Positions 13,827 to 28,153 of a DNA stretch of 64,000 nucleotides are shown in pieces. The position numbers were made by a program, and so were the translations under genes. Within the stretch, counting starts at the first letter, position 1, and the number at the start of each line of letters is the position of its first letter. This DNA comes from an uncultured Gammaproteobacteria bacterium. Lineage in GTDB: Bacteria > Pseudomonadota > Gammaproteobacteria > UBA9214. The notes under the pieces are model-generated. The model was not told where the DNA came from, did not search any database, and saw nothing but the letters and a program-made list of their open reading frames with translations. Location: assembly GCA_963748215.1 (NCBI GenBank), contig CAVVHS010000006.1, positions 512,001 through 576,000 on the forward strand, given 5' to 3'.

Positions 13827-14555
13827 ATGATACGCGTCAACGACACAGCGCCGTACTGGATCGACAGCGACGACCCGGAGATCGCATTTCCCGATGTCGA
13901 ACGGGCCCTGCGCGATCCCGACGGCCTGCTTGCGCTGGGCGGTGACCTGTCGGTGCCGCGCCTGCTGCATGCCTACCGGCACGGCATTTTTCCCTGGTTC
14001 GGGCCGCGCCAGCCCATCCTGTGGTGGTCGCCGGACCCGCGACTGGTGCTGCGCCCGCATGATCTGCATATCTCCCGCAGCCTGGCCAGGACCCTGCGCA
14101 AGGAGCGCTTCCGGGTCACGCTCGACAGGGATTTCCGCGGGGTCATCGAGCGCTGTGCCGCACCGCGGCCCGGGCAGGCGGGTACCTGGATCACCCCGGA
14201 GATGCAGACCGCCTACGTCGACCTGCATGCCGCAGGTTATGCGCATTCGGCCGAATGCTGGCTCGATGATGTCCTCGTCGGCGGCCTCTACGGTATCGCG
14301 ATCGGACGTATTTTCTTCGGTGAATCAATGTTCACCCGCGTGCCGGACGCCTCCAAGGTGGTATTTGTCCAGCTGGTCAGGGAGTTGCAGCAGCGGGAGT
14401 TCCGGCTGATTGACTGCCAGGTGCACACCGGGCACCTGGCCAGCCTGGGTGCGACCGCCATGCCGCGTCGCGAATTCGTGCGCATCCTCGGCGAGGCCTG
14501 CGACACCGTTACCAGCCCGGGTCCCTGGTCGTTCACGCGGCACAACGGGATATGA
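13827..14555 (+). CDS. aat: Leucyl/phenylalanyl-tRNA--protein transferase
   Basis: [34 protein letters not shown]. Confidence 0.97.
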   Translation: MIRVNDTAPYWIDSDDPEIAFPDVERALRDPDGLLALGGDLSVPRLLHAYRHGIFPWFGPRQPILWWSPDPRLVLRPHDLHISRSLARTLRKERFRVTLDRDFRGVIERCAAPRPGQAGTWITPEMQTAYVDLHAAGYAHSAECWLDDVLVGGLYGIAIGRIFFGESMFTRVPDASKVVFVQLVRELQQREFRLIDCQVHTGHLASLGATAMPRREFVRILGEACDTVTSPGPWSFTRHNGI

Positions 14556-14611
14556 AGGCGGGCCAATTACGGTATAATGCGCCGCTTAATTCATCAGGCA
14601 CTAGGGTTTCC

Positions 14612-14830
14612 ATGGCAAAAGAAGATCACATCGAAATGGAAGGGACCGTGGTCGAAACCCTTCCGAATACCATGTTCAGGGTCGAGCTGGAAAACGGCCA
14701 TATCGTGACCGCGCATATCTCCGGCAAGATGCGCAAGCACTACATTCGCATCCTGCGCGGTGACAAGGTCACCGTGGAGCTGACACCCTACGATCTGTCC
14801 AAGGGGCGCATCACCTATCGCGCCCGCTAG
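14612..14830 (+). CDS. infA: Translation initiation factor IF-1
   Basis: [11 protein letters not shown]...[14 protein letters not shown]...[11 protein letters not shown]. Confidence 0.99.
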   Translation: MAKEDHIEMEGTVVETLPNTMFRVELENGHIVTAHISGKMRKHYIRILRGDKVTVELTPYDLSKGRITYRAR

Positions 14831-14847
14831 GCGCCGTATTCCGCTGT

Positions 14848-17106
14848 TCAGGAGACGGAGATCTCCTTCCCCTCGAATTCAAAGGCAAGTTCACCGTCTT
14901 CCAGCTGGATCAGCAAGTGCCCGCCACGGGCCAGCTTGCCAAACAGCAACTCTTCCGCCAGTGGCTTCTTGATATGCTGCTGGATCAGGCGCGCCATTGG
15001 CCGTGCGCCCATCTTTGGATCATAGCCGTGCTCGGCCAGCCACAGGCGTGCCGCCTCGTCGATCTCCAGCGTCACCTGCTGTTCCTGAAGCTGTGCTTCC
15101 AGCTCGAAGATGAACTTGTCCACCACCTGCACGATCACGGTGGGATCCAGCGGGTTGAACTGCACGATGGCGTCGAGCCGGTTGCGGAACTCCGGTGTGA
15201 ACAGCTTGCGAATCGCCTCCATGGCGTCGGTGGAATGATCCTGCTGGGTAAAGCCGATGGACGGCCGGCTCGTTTCATGTGCGCCGGCATTGGTCGTCAT
15301 TACCAGGATGACGTTGCGGAAATCCGCCTTGCGACCGTTGTTATCGGTCAGTGTGCCGTGGTCCATGACCTGCAGCAGCAGGTTGAAGACATCCGGATGC
15401 GCCTTTTCGATTTCGTCCAGCAACAACACGACGTGTGGATTCTTCGATATGGCCTCGGTCAGCAGGCCGCCCTGGTCGTAACCGACATAGCCGGGCGGCG
15501 CGCCGATCAGGCGCGATACCGTATGCCTCTCCATATACTCGGACATGTCGAAGCGCACCAGTTCCAGACCCAGGATGCGTGCAAGTTGCCGGGTGACCTC
15601 GGTTTTGCCGACGCCGGTCGGCCCGGCGAACAGGAACGAGCCTATCGGACGGGTTTCATTACCGAGACCGGAACGTTGCATCTTGATCGAGGATGCCAGC
15701 GTTTCGATGGCCAGATCCTGTCCGTACACGACCATCTTGAGATCGCGTTCCAGGTTGCGCAACGTCTCCTTGTCGGAGGCGGACACCGATTTTTCCGGGA
15801 TACGTGCCATCAGTGCGATGACGCGCTCGATCTCGCTGACACCGATGGTCTTTTTGCGCTTGGACGGCGGACGCAGGCGCTGGCTGGCGCCGGCCTCGTC
15901 GATCACGTCGACGGCCTTGTCCGGCAGGTGACGGTCATTGATATAGCGATCCGCCAGCTCTGCCGCGGTACGCAGGGCATTCATCGAGTACTTGACCTTG
16001 TGGTGCTCCTCGAAACGCGACTTGAGTCCTTTGAGGATGGTGATCGTTTCCTCGACCGAGGGCTCGGTGATGTCCACCTTCTGGAAGCGCCGCGTCAGGG
16101 CATGGTCCTTCTCGAAGATGCCACGGTATTCCTGGTAGGTGGTGGAGCCGATGCACTTGAGCTCACCGGAAGCCAGCATCGGCTTCATCAGGTTGGAGGC
16201 ATCCATCACGCCACCGGATGCCGCACCGGCGCCGATCATGGTGTGGATTTCATCGATAAACAGGATTGCGCCCGGCTCCTTGCGCAGTTGCGCGAGGACG
16301 GCCTTGAAGCGCTTTTCGAAATCGCCGCGGTACTTGGTGCCGGCCACCAGCGAACCGAGATCAAGCGAGTAGATGGTGCTGTTGAGCAGGACTTCGGGCA
16401 CATCACCCTCGACGATCATGCGGGCCAGGCCCTCGGCGAGCGCGGTCTTGCCGACGCCGGCTTCACCCACGAACAGGGGGTTGTTCTTGCGGCGGCGGCA
16501 CAGGATCTGGATGGTGCGCTGGATCTCGGAGCGGCGCCCGATCAGAGGATCGATACGACCCTGTGCGGCGAGTTCGTTGAGATTGGTGGCGAATGTATCC
16601 AGCGGCTGTTTCGTGCTGTTGTCCTGCAGGTCGGATTCTGCAGGATTCTCGATGCTTTCCTCGGGCTGGTCATTGACCTTGGAAATGCCGTGCGAAATGT
16701 AGTTGATCACATCGAGGCGCGTGATATCCAGCTTGTTCAGTAGATAGACGGCCTGCGACTCCTGTTCGCTGAAAATTGCTACCAGCACGTTGGCGCCATT
16801 GACCTCGTTCTTGTCTGACGACTGCACGTGAAATACTGCGCGCTGCAGGACGCGCTGAAAACCCAGCGTGGGCTGCGTCTCGCGCGTATCACCCGGTGCA
16901 AGCCTTGGCGTGGTCTCCTCGATGAAGGCGCCGACTTCCTGCTTGAGCTGTTCCACGTTGCCGCCGCAGGCGCGCAATACGTCCACCGCAGACGGGTTGC
17001 CAAGCAATGCATAAAGCAGGTGCTCCACGGTCATGAACTCGTGGTTTTTCTCCCGCGCTTCCTTGAAAGCCAGGTTCAGGGTAAATTCGAGTTCCTTGCT
17101 CAACAT
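14848..17106 (-). CDS. clpA: ATP-dependent Clp protease ATP-binding subunit ClpA
   Basis: Two AAA modules (GEAGVGKT, GPTGVGKT), IGF loop, adjacent to clpS. Confidence 0.99.
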   Translation of the reverse strand: MLSKELEFTLNLAFKEAREKNHEFMTVEHLLYALLGNPSAVDVLRACGGNVEQLKQEVGAFIEETTPRLAPGDTRETQPTLGFQRVLQRAVFHVQSSDKNEVNGANVLVAIFSEQESQAVYLLNKLDITRLDVINYISHGISKVNDQPEESIENPAESDLQDNSTKQPLDTFATNLNELAAQGRIDPLIGRRSEIQRTIQILCRRRKNNPLFVGEAGVGKTALAEGLARMIVEGDVPEVLLNSTIYSLDLGSLVAGTKYRGDFEKRFKAVLAQLRKEPGAILFIDEIHTMIGAGAASGGVMDASNLMKPMLASGELKCIGSTTYQEYRGIFEKDHALTRRFQKVDITEPSVEETITILKGLKSRFEEHHKVKYSMNALRTAAELADRYINDRHLPDKAVDVIDEAGASQRLRPPSKRKKTIGVSEIERVIALMARIPEKSVSASDKETLRNLERDLKMVVYGQDLAIETLASSIKMQRSGLGNETRPIGSFLFAGPTGVGKTEVTRQLARILGLELVRFDMSEYMERHTVSRLIGAPPGYVGYDQGGLLTEAISKNPHVVLLLDEIEKAHPDVFNLLLQVMDHGTLTDNNGRKADFRNVILVMTTNAGAHETSRPSIGFTQQDHSTDAMEAIRKLFTPEFRNRLDAIVQFNPLDPTVIVQVVDKFIFELEAQLQEQQVTLEIDEAARLWLAEHGYDPKMGARPMARLIQQHIKKPLAEELLFGKLARGGHLLIQLEDGELAFEFEGKEISVS

Positions 17107-17132
17107 GTCAGCACCTCGCTAGCAATTGCCAA

Positions 17133-17453
17133 CTAAACCTGTTCCATACTGCACAGCAGAGGATGCTGGTGGCGCTGTGCGTATTCATTGACCTGCGCTA
17201 CCTTGGTCTCGGCGATCTCGTAGGTGAAGATGCCGCAGACCCCCTTGCCCTGACTGTGCACCAGCAACATGACGCGTGTTGCCTTTTCGCGATCCATACC
17301 GAACAGTTTCTCCAGCAAGGTCACGACGAACTCCATCGGCGTGAAATCGTCGTTCAGGAGAAACACCTTGTACATCGACGGTTCCTTGAGTTCGGGTTTC
17401 GCCTCCTTGAGCGCCAACCCGTCGCCGTCGCGATGTTCCTGCTCGTTACTCAT
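17133..17453 (-). CDS. clpS: Clp protease adaptor ClpS
   Basis: [35 protein letters not shown]. Confidence 0.98.
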   Translation of the reverse strand: MSNEQEHRDGDGLALKEAKPELKEPSMYKVFLLNDDFTPMEFVVTLLEKLFGMDREKATRVMLLVHSQGKGVCGIFTYEIAETKVAQVNEYAQRHQHPLLCSMEQV

Positions 17454-17647
17454 GGTTCCGGTTCCCGCCTGCCGTCTCCGGGCGATAGTTTATGACAGGT
17501 GTATTTTACCACTCATTTCATAAACATACATGCCCGCCAGACAGGTGTTTGACAGCGCGTCCAGACACAAGTTGCGGAACCGGCCACCTGTGCCATGGAT
17601 CGGCAATAGCGATGTGAACTTGATAACGGGGACGCAAGCCGGACCCT

Positions 17648-17683
17648 GCCACATGCCGCACACGATCGTGTGCGGCATGTGGC
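17648..17683. repeat. Perfect 36-bp palindrome just downstream of icd
   Basis: GCCACATGCCGCACACGA|TCGTGTGCGGCATGTGGC, with no spacer and no U-tract. Confidence 0.85.
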
Positions 17684-17701
17684 GCGATGTCAGGCTCAGG
17701 C

Positions 17702-18958
17702 TCAGGCGTTGGCCAGGATGGCGCGGCCGAACTCGGAACAACTGACTTTCGTGGCGCCCGGCATCAGCCGATGCAGGTCATAGGTGACGGTCTGTGCCGC
17801 GATTGTCGTGGACAGGCCCTTGATGATCATGTCGGCCGCCTCGTTCCAGCCCAGGTAACGCAGCATCATTTCCGCGGACAGTATCAGCGAACTCGGGTTC
17901 ACCTGGTCCTTGCCGGCATACCCCGGGGCGGTGCCGTGGGTGGCCTCGTACATGGCGATAGTATCGGACAGGTTTGCCCCGGGCGCCATGCCGATACCGC
18001 CGACCTGTGCGGCCAGTGCATCAGAAATATAGTCACCGTTGAGATTGAGCGTGGCAATCACGCTGTAATCCTTCGGGCGCAGCAGTATCTGCTGCAGGAA
18101 GGCATCGGCAATGACGTCCTTGACGACGATTTCATTACCGGTATTCGGGTTTTTGAATTTACACCACGGCCCCCCGTCGATCTCGACGGCACCGAATTCC
18201 TCCTGCGCCAGTTCGTAACCCCAGCCCTTGAACGCACCCTCGGTGAATTTCATGATGTTGCCCTTGTGCACCAGCGTGACGGAAGGCCTGTCCTGGTCCA
18301 CGGCGTACTGCAGGGCCTTGCGCACCAGACGCTTGGTGCCTTCCGAGGACACCGGCTTGATGCCGATACCGGAGGTGGCGGGGAAACGGATCTTGGTCAC
18401 GCCCATTTCGTTCTGCAGGAAATCGATGACCTTTTTCACCTCCGGGCTACCGGCCTGCCACTCGATACCGGCATAGATGTCTTCGGAATTCTCGCGGAAT
18501 ATGACCATGTTGGTATGTTGCGGTGCCCGCAGCGGGCTGGGTGTGCCGTCGAAGTAGCGTACCGGGCGCTGGCACACGTACAGGTCCAGCTGCTGGCGCA
18601 GGGTCACGTTCAGGGAGCGGATGCCGCCGCCGACCGGTGTCGTGAGCGGTCCCTTGATGGACACACTGTATTCACGAATGGCATCCAGGGTCTCGTCAGG
18701 CAGCCAGGTATCCGGACCGTACACGGTATTGGCCTTCTCACCCGCGTAGATCTCCATCCATGCAATGGCACGCCTGCCGCCATAGGCCACCTCGACCACC
18801 CCGTCGACCACGTTGCGCATGACCGGTGTGATATCGATGCCGATACCGTCACCCTCGATGAAGGGTATGACAGGCCGGTCCGGAACGCTGATCGAGTTGT
18901 CTGCATTTACCGTGATCTTTTCGCCTTCTTTGGGAATTACGATGTGTTTGTACGCCAT
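17702..18958 (-). CDS. icd: NADP-dependent isocitrate dehydrogenase
   Basis: [46 protein letters not shown]. Confidence 0.98.
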   Translation of the reverse strand: MAYKHIVIPKEGEKITVNADNSISVPDRPVIPFIEGDGIGIDITPVMRNVVDGVVEVAYGGRRAIAWMEIYAGEKANTVYGPDTWLPDETLDAIREYSVSIKGPLTTPVGGGIRSLNVTLRQQLDLYVCQRPVRYFDGTPSPLRAPQHTNMVIFRENSEDIYAGIEWQAGSPEVKKVIDFLQNEMGVTKIRFPATSGIGIKPVSSEGTKRLVRKALQYAVDQDRPSVTLVHKGNIMKFTEGAFKGWGYELAQEEFGAVEIDGGPWCKFKNPNTGNEIVVKDVIADAFLQQILLRPKDYSVIATLNLNGDYISDALAAQVGGIGMAPGANLSDTIAMYEATHGTAPGYAGKDQVNPSSLILSAEMMLRYLGWNEAADMIIKGLSTTIAAQTVTYDLHRLMPGATKVSCSEFGRAILANA

Positions 18959-18993
18959 GGATCAGTCCTGGTTTTATTTACGGAAACAGCTCG

Positions 18994-19021
18994 AAAAAAA
19001 GCCCCTGCAACGGCAGGGGCT
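18994..19021 (-). terminator. Rho-independent terminator after the 19064-19987 gene
   Basis: AGCCCCTGC-loop-GCAGGGGCT hairpin followed on the minus strand by a T run. Confidence 0.8.
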
Positions 19022-19063
19022 CTAATTTACTATATCTGCCAGCTTCTGGCAGGCTGCTTGTGT

Positions 19064-19987
19064 CTACAGTTCTTCGCCGGAGGCCTGGATCAGGGCTTCC
19101 TCGATGGCACCCGGGGAGCACATGATGTTCATGAAGGTCGCGCCGGATTCGCTGGCGACCATCGGCAGGTGCGGCCAGTTGATCGCGATGCGGAAACGGG
19201 CGAACAGTGCATAGGCGGTACCGTCGGAGACGACGATTTCATACGGCAGGTGCGCGGTGTGGCGCGGTGTGCTCTTGTCGATGCGGCTCATGACGAAATT
19301 GTCACCGCTGCAGTCGTCCGCGTCCTTGCCCTTCAGGGCGACACCGAACACGGTCTCGTCCTTGCCCGGGATGTCGATGCGGTAGACCTTGGCTGTTGCG
19401 CCCTTGCCGGCAGCCAGGGCATCTTCCACCGCCTTCACGGCCTCGGCCTGGCTGTCATACTCGGCCAGCGTACTGGGATCGTCGAAGTACTCCATCATCA
19501 CGGTGTAGTGATACTTGCGCAGGTCGGCGGCAGTCAGGTTCTTCTCGGAACCGAAGTCCTTCTCTGCGCCCAGTGCGCCCTCCACCTGGGCACGGATGTC
19601 GGAAAGGTCGCTGTCCATGCGGTAGGCGGCTGCCATGTAGACCGGGTTGGTGTAGGCGACCTCGGTGCTGTCGCCGTTCTTGGTCACCGAGACACGTACC
19701 ATCGCACCGTAGGCACCGAACTCCGACTTGGCGGCATGGTTCTTGAGTGCATCGTTGGTGACAACGATGATGTCGGCATCCGCGTAGGGAGAATATTCAC
19801 CGACCACCTGGAAACCGGCGCCGGTCAGCTTGGACTTGACCTCGGAGGCGACTGATGCGACGTCGCCACTCGAAGTTCCGGCCAGCACAAGCGGCTGCAA
19901 GTAATCATCAGCCAGGGCACTGCCCGCTGTCATTATGAAAGCGAATCCTGCAAAAAGAGTTTTTCTTAGCAAGCCAGTCATTACCAA
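19064..19987 (-). CDS. Exported conserved hypothetical protein, two DUF302-like halves
   Basis: Signal peptide ending ALA; LTGAGFQVVGEY, VAYTNPVY, HLPYEIVV, ARFRIA. The fold call is from memory of similar proteins in sulfur oxidisers. Confidence 0.75.
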   Translation of the reverse strand: MVMTGLLRKTLFAGFAFIMTAGSALADDYLQPLVLAGTSSGDVASVASEVKSKLTGAGFQVVGEYSPYADADIIVVTNDALKNHAAKSEFGAYGAMVRVSVTKNGDSTEVAYTNPVYMAAAYRMDSDLSDIRAQVEGALGAEKDFGSEKNLTAADLRKYHYTVMMEYFDDPSTLAEYDSQAEAVKAVEDALAAGKGATAKVYRIDIPGKDETVFGVALKGKDADDCSGDNFVMSRIDKSTPRHTAHLPYEIVVSDGTAYALFARFRIAINWPHLPMVASESGATFMNIMCSPGAIEEALIQASGEEL

Positions 19988-20232
19988 ATCCTCCAGAACG
20001 TTTTTGTTAATTAAATTCGTAGTTGTTTACCGTTACAACAAGGCGATGAGATATTGCCTCAGGTTACTTCTGTAACTGTACCCCCATGAACGAGTTGTGA
20101 AGTATAGGGTAATGTTTGTTACAGTGCGAGCGCCAATTATTCAACACAAGCACGCTATACGACCACCGCGATCGGAATAAGTTTTTACCTTTCACCATGT
20201 TTTTATCCATACTAAGCCATTGAAAATTATTT

Positions 20233-20679
20233 ATGATCTGGAAACCGCATGTAACGGTGGCTGCTGTGCTGGAACAGGACGGGCGTTTCCTGCTGGTCCA
20301 GGAACGCGTGTCAGGCAAGACGGTCTACAACCAGCCGGCAGGTCACCTGGAAGACAACGAGAGCCTGATCGATGCCGTGATTCGCGAGACCCGCGAGGAG
20401 AGTGGCTGGCAATTCGAGCCGGAGCGGATAACCGGGATCTACCGCTGGCGCCAGCAGTCGCAGCAGCAGACCTATCTCAGGGTCGCGTTTGCCGGCCGCG
20501 GGCTCGCGCTTGATCCGGCCTGTACGCTGGACGACGGTATCGAAGGCACGGTCTGGCTGACGGTCGAGGAAATCCGCCGTCAGGCCGACAGCTTGCGCAG
20601 CCCGCTGGTGATGCGCACCATCGATGATTACCTGGCCGGCGCCGACTTTCCGCTGGTGCTGCTCGCCGACATCGACTAG
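20233..20679 (+). CDS. nudJ: NUDIX hydrolase NudJ-like
   Basis: WKPHVTVAAV, NQPAGHLEDNESLIDAVIRETREESG, LRSPLV; upstream of mnmA. Confidence 0.88.
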   Translation: MIWKPHVTVAAVLEQDGRFLLVQERVSGKTVYNQPAGHLEDNESLIDAVIRETREESGWQFEPERITGIYRWRQQSQQQTYLRVAFAGRGLALDPACTLDDGIEGTVWLTVEEIRRQADSLRSPLVMRTIDDYLAGADFPLVLLADID

Positions 20680-20818
20680 CGCCCGGAAACCGGCAGGGCG
20701 CCAGCATTCAACGCAAATATTCATACTGCGTGTACAAGCCTGCCACCATGAAATGGACGACCGTAAATCCCGCCTCCTTCGAGACTGAACCGGCTTGTAA
20801 CACGGGGCGTTCAGAGGC

Positions 20819-21916
20819 ATGAGCAGGGTCATCGTGGGTCTGTCGGGCGGTGTCGATTCTGCCGTGGCGGCGAAACTGCTGCTGGATGCCGGTCATGACG
20901 TGAGTGCCGTGTTCATGAAGAACTGGGACGATGACGACGATGCCGCATTCTGTCCCGCGGCACAGGATCTCGCCGATGCACGTGACATCGCGGCGCGCCT
21001 GGGCATCGAGCTGCAGACAGTCAGCTTCTCCGCGCAATACTGGAACCGGGTGTTCGCGTTTTTCCTGGAGGACTGCGCTGCAGGACGCACACCCAGCCCG
21101 GACATCATCTGCAACCGGGAGATCAAGTTCCGCGCCTTCCTCGACCATGCGCTGCAACTCGGCGCCGATTGCATCGCTACCGGGCACTATGCGCGTATCG
21201 AGAAGCAACCGGTGGTGCGTCTGCTCAAGGGCGTGGATGAACGCAAGGACCAGACCTACTTCCTGCACACCCTCGACCGGGAGCAACTGGCGGGCAGCCT
21301 GTTCCCGCTGGGTGGACTGCACAAGCAGGAGGTGCGGGACATGGCCCGGGCGGCGGGATTCGCGAATCATGCCAAGAAGGACAGCACCGGTATCTGCTTC
21401 ATCGGCGAACGGCGCTTCGATGAGTTCCTGGCCCGCTACCTGGCCGCCAATCCGGGCGACATCAGGACCCTGGACGGACAGATCATCGGCAGGCACCAGG
21501 GGTTGATGTTCTACACCATCGGGCAGCGCCAGGGGCTCGGCATCGGCGGGCTGAAGCAATCCACCGGCGAGCCTTGGTACGTGGCCGGCAAGGACATGGC
21601 CGCCAATGTCCTCTACGTCGTGCAGGGAACCAACCACCCCGCCCTGTTCAGGCCCGCCCTGCTGTCGAGCCGAGTGCACTGGATTGCAGGCACCTCGCCC
21701 GGCACCTCACCCGGTATCGGCTTCGAGTGCACGGCACGCATCCGGCACCAGCAACCGGTACAGGCCTGCACCGTCCACAGTGACGGCGACGGGGGCACTC
21801 GGGTAGAGTTCTCAGAACCGCAGCGCGCTATTGCGCCAGGCCAGTCCGTGGTGTTCTATTCCGGAGACGAATGCCTGGGCGGCGCCATCATCGAGCAGGC
21901 ACTGGACAGCATATGA
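20819..21916 (+). CDS. mnmA: tRNA 2-thiouridylase
   Basis: SGGVDS, CNREIKF, ATGHYA, KDQTYFL, KDSTGICFIG, PGQSVVFY. Confidence 0.98.
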   Translation: MSRVIVGLSGGVDSAVAAKLLLDAGHDVSAVFMKNWDDDDDAAFCPAAQDLADARDIAARLGIELQTVSFSAQYWNRVFAFFLEDCAAGRTPSPDIICNREIKFRAFLDHALQLGADCIATGHYARIEKQPVVRLLKGVDERKDQTYFLHTLDREQLAGSLFPLGGLHKQEVRDMARAAGFANHAKKDSTGICFIGERRFDEFLARYLAANPGDIRTLDGQIIGRHQGLMFYTIGQRQGLGIGGLKQSTGEPWYVAGKDMAANVLYVVQGTNHPALFRPALLSSRVHWIAGTSPGTSPGIGFECTARIRHQQPVQACTVHSDGDGGTRVEFSEPQRAIAPGQSVVFYSGDECLGGAIIEQALDSI

Positions 21917-22566
21917 GCACCGGGGAGAACCGTACGACACGTGCCCGCACCATCGCGCTGGCCGGCCTGTTCCAGGCCGCCACCCTGGTTCGGCAAACCG
22001 GCCTGGGCAAGATGCGCGACGAAGCCGCGACCCGCGCCAGTATCGGCAGTATTCTGAAAACCGACGCCACCTCCGTCGAGGACGTGTACGGCGGCATCGC
22101 CTCCCTGCGCACCGGGCTGGAAACACTGTCCAGCCAACTGGGCAGTGACAGCGGGTTGCGCGACATGGAACTGACCGGTTACGCCATTACGCTGCTGCAC
22201 CTGGAAAGAAAACTGGCACGGGACAAACCGCGACTGGAGCGCATCACCAGCACCATCCGGCAGCTTGCGACGCAGTCGCAGGACACAGACCTGCGCGACC
22301 CCGACCTCATCGCGGAACTGGCCGAGCTCTACGGCCAGACCATCAGCACGCTGACGCCGCGCATCATGGTACACGGCGATCCCGGAGTGCTGTCCGGCAC
22401 CGCCACGCGCAACATGATCCGCGCCCTGCTGCTATCCGGTATTCGTGCCGCGGTATTGTGGCGCCAGTGCGGCGGCAACCGCCTGCGGCTGATTTTCGGG
22501 CGCAGGGGCATGCTGGAGTCCTGTGTCGGGCTGCTGCGCGAGGCGCGCCTGCACGGGGTGCTGTAA
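21913..22566 (+). CDS. hflD: High-frequency lysogenization protein HflD
   Basis: IALAGLFQA, LYGQTISTLTPRIMVHG, IRALLLSGIRAAVLWRQCGG; 4-bp overlap with mnmA. Confidence 0.95.
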   Translation: MSTGENRTTRARTIALAGLFQAATLVRQTGLGKMRDEAATRASIGSILKTDATSVEDVYGGIASLRTGLETLSSQLGSDSGLRDMELTGYAITLLHLERKLARDKPRLERITSTIRQLATQSQDTDLRDPDLIAELAELYGQTISTLTPRIMVHGDPGVLSGTATRNMIRALLLSGIRAAVLWRQCGGNRLRLIFGRRGMLESCVGLLREARLHGVL

Positions 22567-22638
22567 GCTCGCCGTACGCTGATTCCGTGTATAATTGCCG
22601 CGGTTAACAGAATGCCCGGCCCGTTTGCAGGAGATTCC

Positions 22639-26702
<4,064 letters not shown>

Positions 26703-26717
26703 CAGCCGGCCTCAGGC

Positions 26718-27158
26718 GTGTCTGCAACCGATCGGTTTACCGTGCGCGAGGCCGACTGGTGCCATGACCAGGCTGCCATCCGTGCCGTGCGTGATGCCGT
26801 GTTCATTGTCGAACAGGGTATTCCCGCCGCGCTGGAATGGGACGATCTGGACGCGGACTGCCGGCATGTACTGGCCAGCAACGACGCAGGTGACCCCGTG
26901 GCTACCGGTCGACTGACGCCGGAAGGCCGGATTGGCCGGATGGCCGTGCTGCCGGCCTGGCGTGGATGCGGCATTGGTCGTGCGCTGCTGGCGCGACTGC
27001 TGCAGCTGGCCGGGTCCCGTGGCTTGACGGACGTCTGTCTCCACGCACAGCACGCGGCGGCCGGTTTTTATCGTCGGGCAGGTTTTCGAGAAAGCGGCGC
27101 CCCCTTCGCGCTCGCCGGGATTGTGCATGTGAAGATGACACGGTCGATCGATCCCTGA
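26718..27158 (+). CDS. GNAT N-acetyltransferase (ElaA/YjcF-like)
   Basis: VFIVEQG, IGRMAVLPAWRGCGIG, LHAQ...FYRRAGF...GIVHVKM. Confidence 0.88.
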   Translation: MSATDRFTVREADWCHDQAAIRAVRDAVFIVEQGIPAALEWDDLDADCRHVLASNDAGDPVATGRLTPEGRIGRMAVLPAWRGCGIGRALLARLLQLAGSRGLTDVCLHAQHAAAGFYRRAGFRESGAPFALAGIVHVKMTRSIDP

Positions 27159-27347
27159 TCAATGCTTGCTGAAGACGTCGCGGGTCAAGGGATGCAGGTA
27201 GATATGGTTGATCGGTATCCATACCGCGGAAATGCTGTTCAACCTGCGATCCGGGCTGACGCGCCGGTTGCATTTGCCGTTGCGTTCATGCTCGCCGTGT
27301 CGCCGGTCGTTTTTTTCTCTTCGCTCGTTCATGGTCGTGTCCTGCAA
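27159..27347 (-). CDS. Small hypothetical protein with ERR/DRR/NRR motifs
   Basis: 62-aa ORF MQDTTMNERREKNDRR...NRRVSPDRR; AGGA lies upstream of the second ATG (27332). Confidence 0.45.
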   Translation of the reverse strand: MQDTTMNERREKNDRRHGEHERNGKCNRRVSPDRRLNSISAVWIPINHIYLHPLTRDVFSKH

Positions 27348-27493
27348 TTATCGGTATTTAGCCCATAGTTAACAGCATCCGACAGGTCAAGCCTATTGTA
27401 CGAAGGTTCTAGACATGGTCAGCGCCGGGCAATACCACAGCGCGCCGGCCGCTGCTCGCGGCGGCCGGCGCGCGCCCGGCACTGTGAGGAGGC

Positions 27494-28009
27494 TCAGGGG
27501 AACGCGGGTATGACCGGCTCGGTGCCCTCGATGTGGGCTTCCGGGTGGTGGCTCTTGACCAGATCGGTGATATCCTCGACGCGGGATTTCGGTACATCCA
27601 CCATCATCAGCAGTTCACCTTTCTTGATTGCGGCCTCGAACTCTTTCAGCCGCGAACTCGGCGCTGAAATGCCGATCATGCTGGACATCCACGCCCCGAG
27701 ACCGGCGCCTGCCAGGCCGATGCCGAGTATGGCACCGCCTCCCAGCGCCAGGCCGAGCCCGGGTATCGCCACTGCCGCGATGCCGGCCATGATGCCGGTT
27801 GCACCACCCACCGCCAGGCCCCGTTCCACGGATGGCACGAAGTCGCTCTCCTGCAACAGGCCGGCCTCCGGCAGGTGTGCCTCGATCAGGGCATGGTGAT
27901 CGGCAGCCGCGATGTGGATATGGCGTTCGTCAATACGCGCCAGTAACAGTTCATCGACGATCAGCTTGGCACTGTCGATGGTCGGTATCAGAAAATACAA
28001 CCTTCTCAC
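27494..28009 (-). CDS. DUF1269-like membrane protein
   Basis: MRRLYFL, Gly-rich hydrophobic hairpin, GELLMMVDVP...HHPEA; GGAGG upstream. Confidence 0.8.
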   Translation of the reverse strand: MRRLYFLIPTIDSAKLIVDELLLARIDERHIHIAAADHHALIEAHLPEAGLLQESDFVPSVERGLAVGGATGIMAGIAAVAIPGLGLALGGGAILGIGLAGAGLGAWMSSMIGISAPSSRLKEFEAAIKKGELLMMVDVPKSRVEDITDLVKSHHPEAHIEGTEPVIPAFP

Positions 28010-28153
28010 GGGCTACCTCCTTGCCTGAGTACGGCATTGATATAGATTGTTTTGATTGATCTCGATATCAAGCTTATCTTATATGATATTTATAGAACAG
28101 GGGGTCGGCACGCGCCAGCGAAAACATCAAAATTCTTCTTATTATTTTGTGCC

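Noticed and set aside
17687-19855. 722-aa plus-strand ORF, and similar long ORFs at 3818-5110, 7872-9170, 10249-11586 and 14917-16743
   Set aside because: These are antisense shadows of well-supported genes, expected in high-GC DNA, with no recognisable motifs.
21689-21715. GTSPGTSPG 12-bp duplication in mnmA
   Set aside because: It is a small in-frame duplication in a variable linker with no evident consequence.
28056-28071. FNR box upstream of the DUF1269 gene
   Set aside because: The TTGAT and ATCAA half-sites are 6 bp apart, not the canonical 4.
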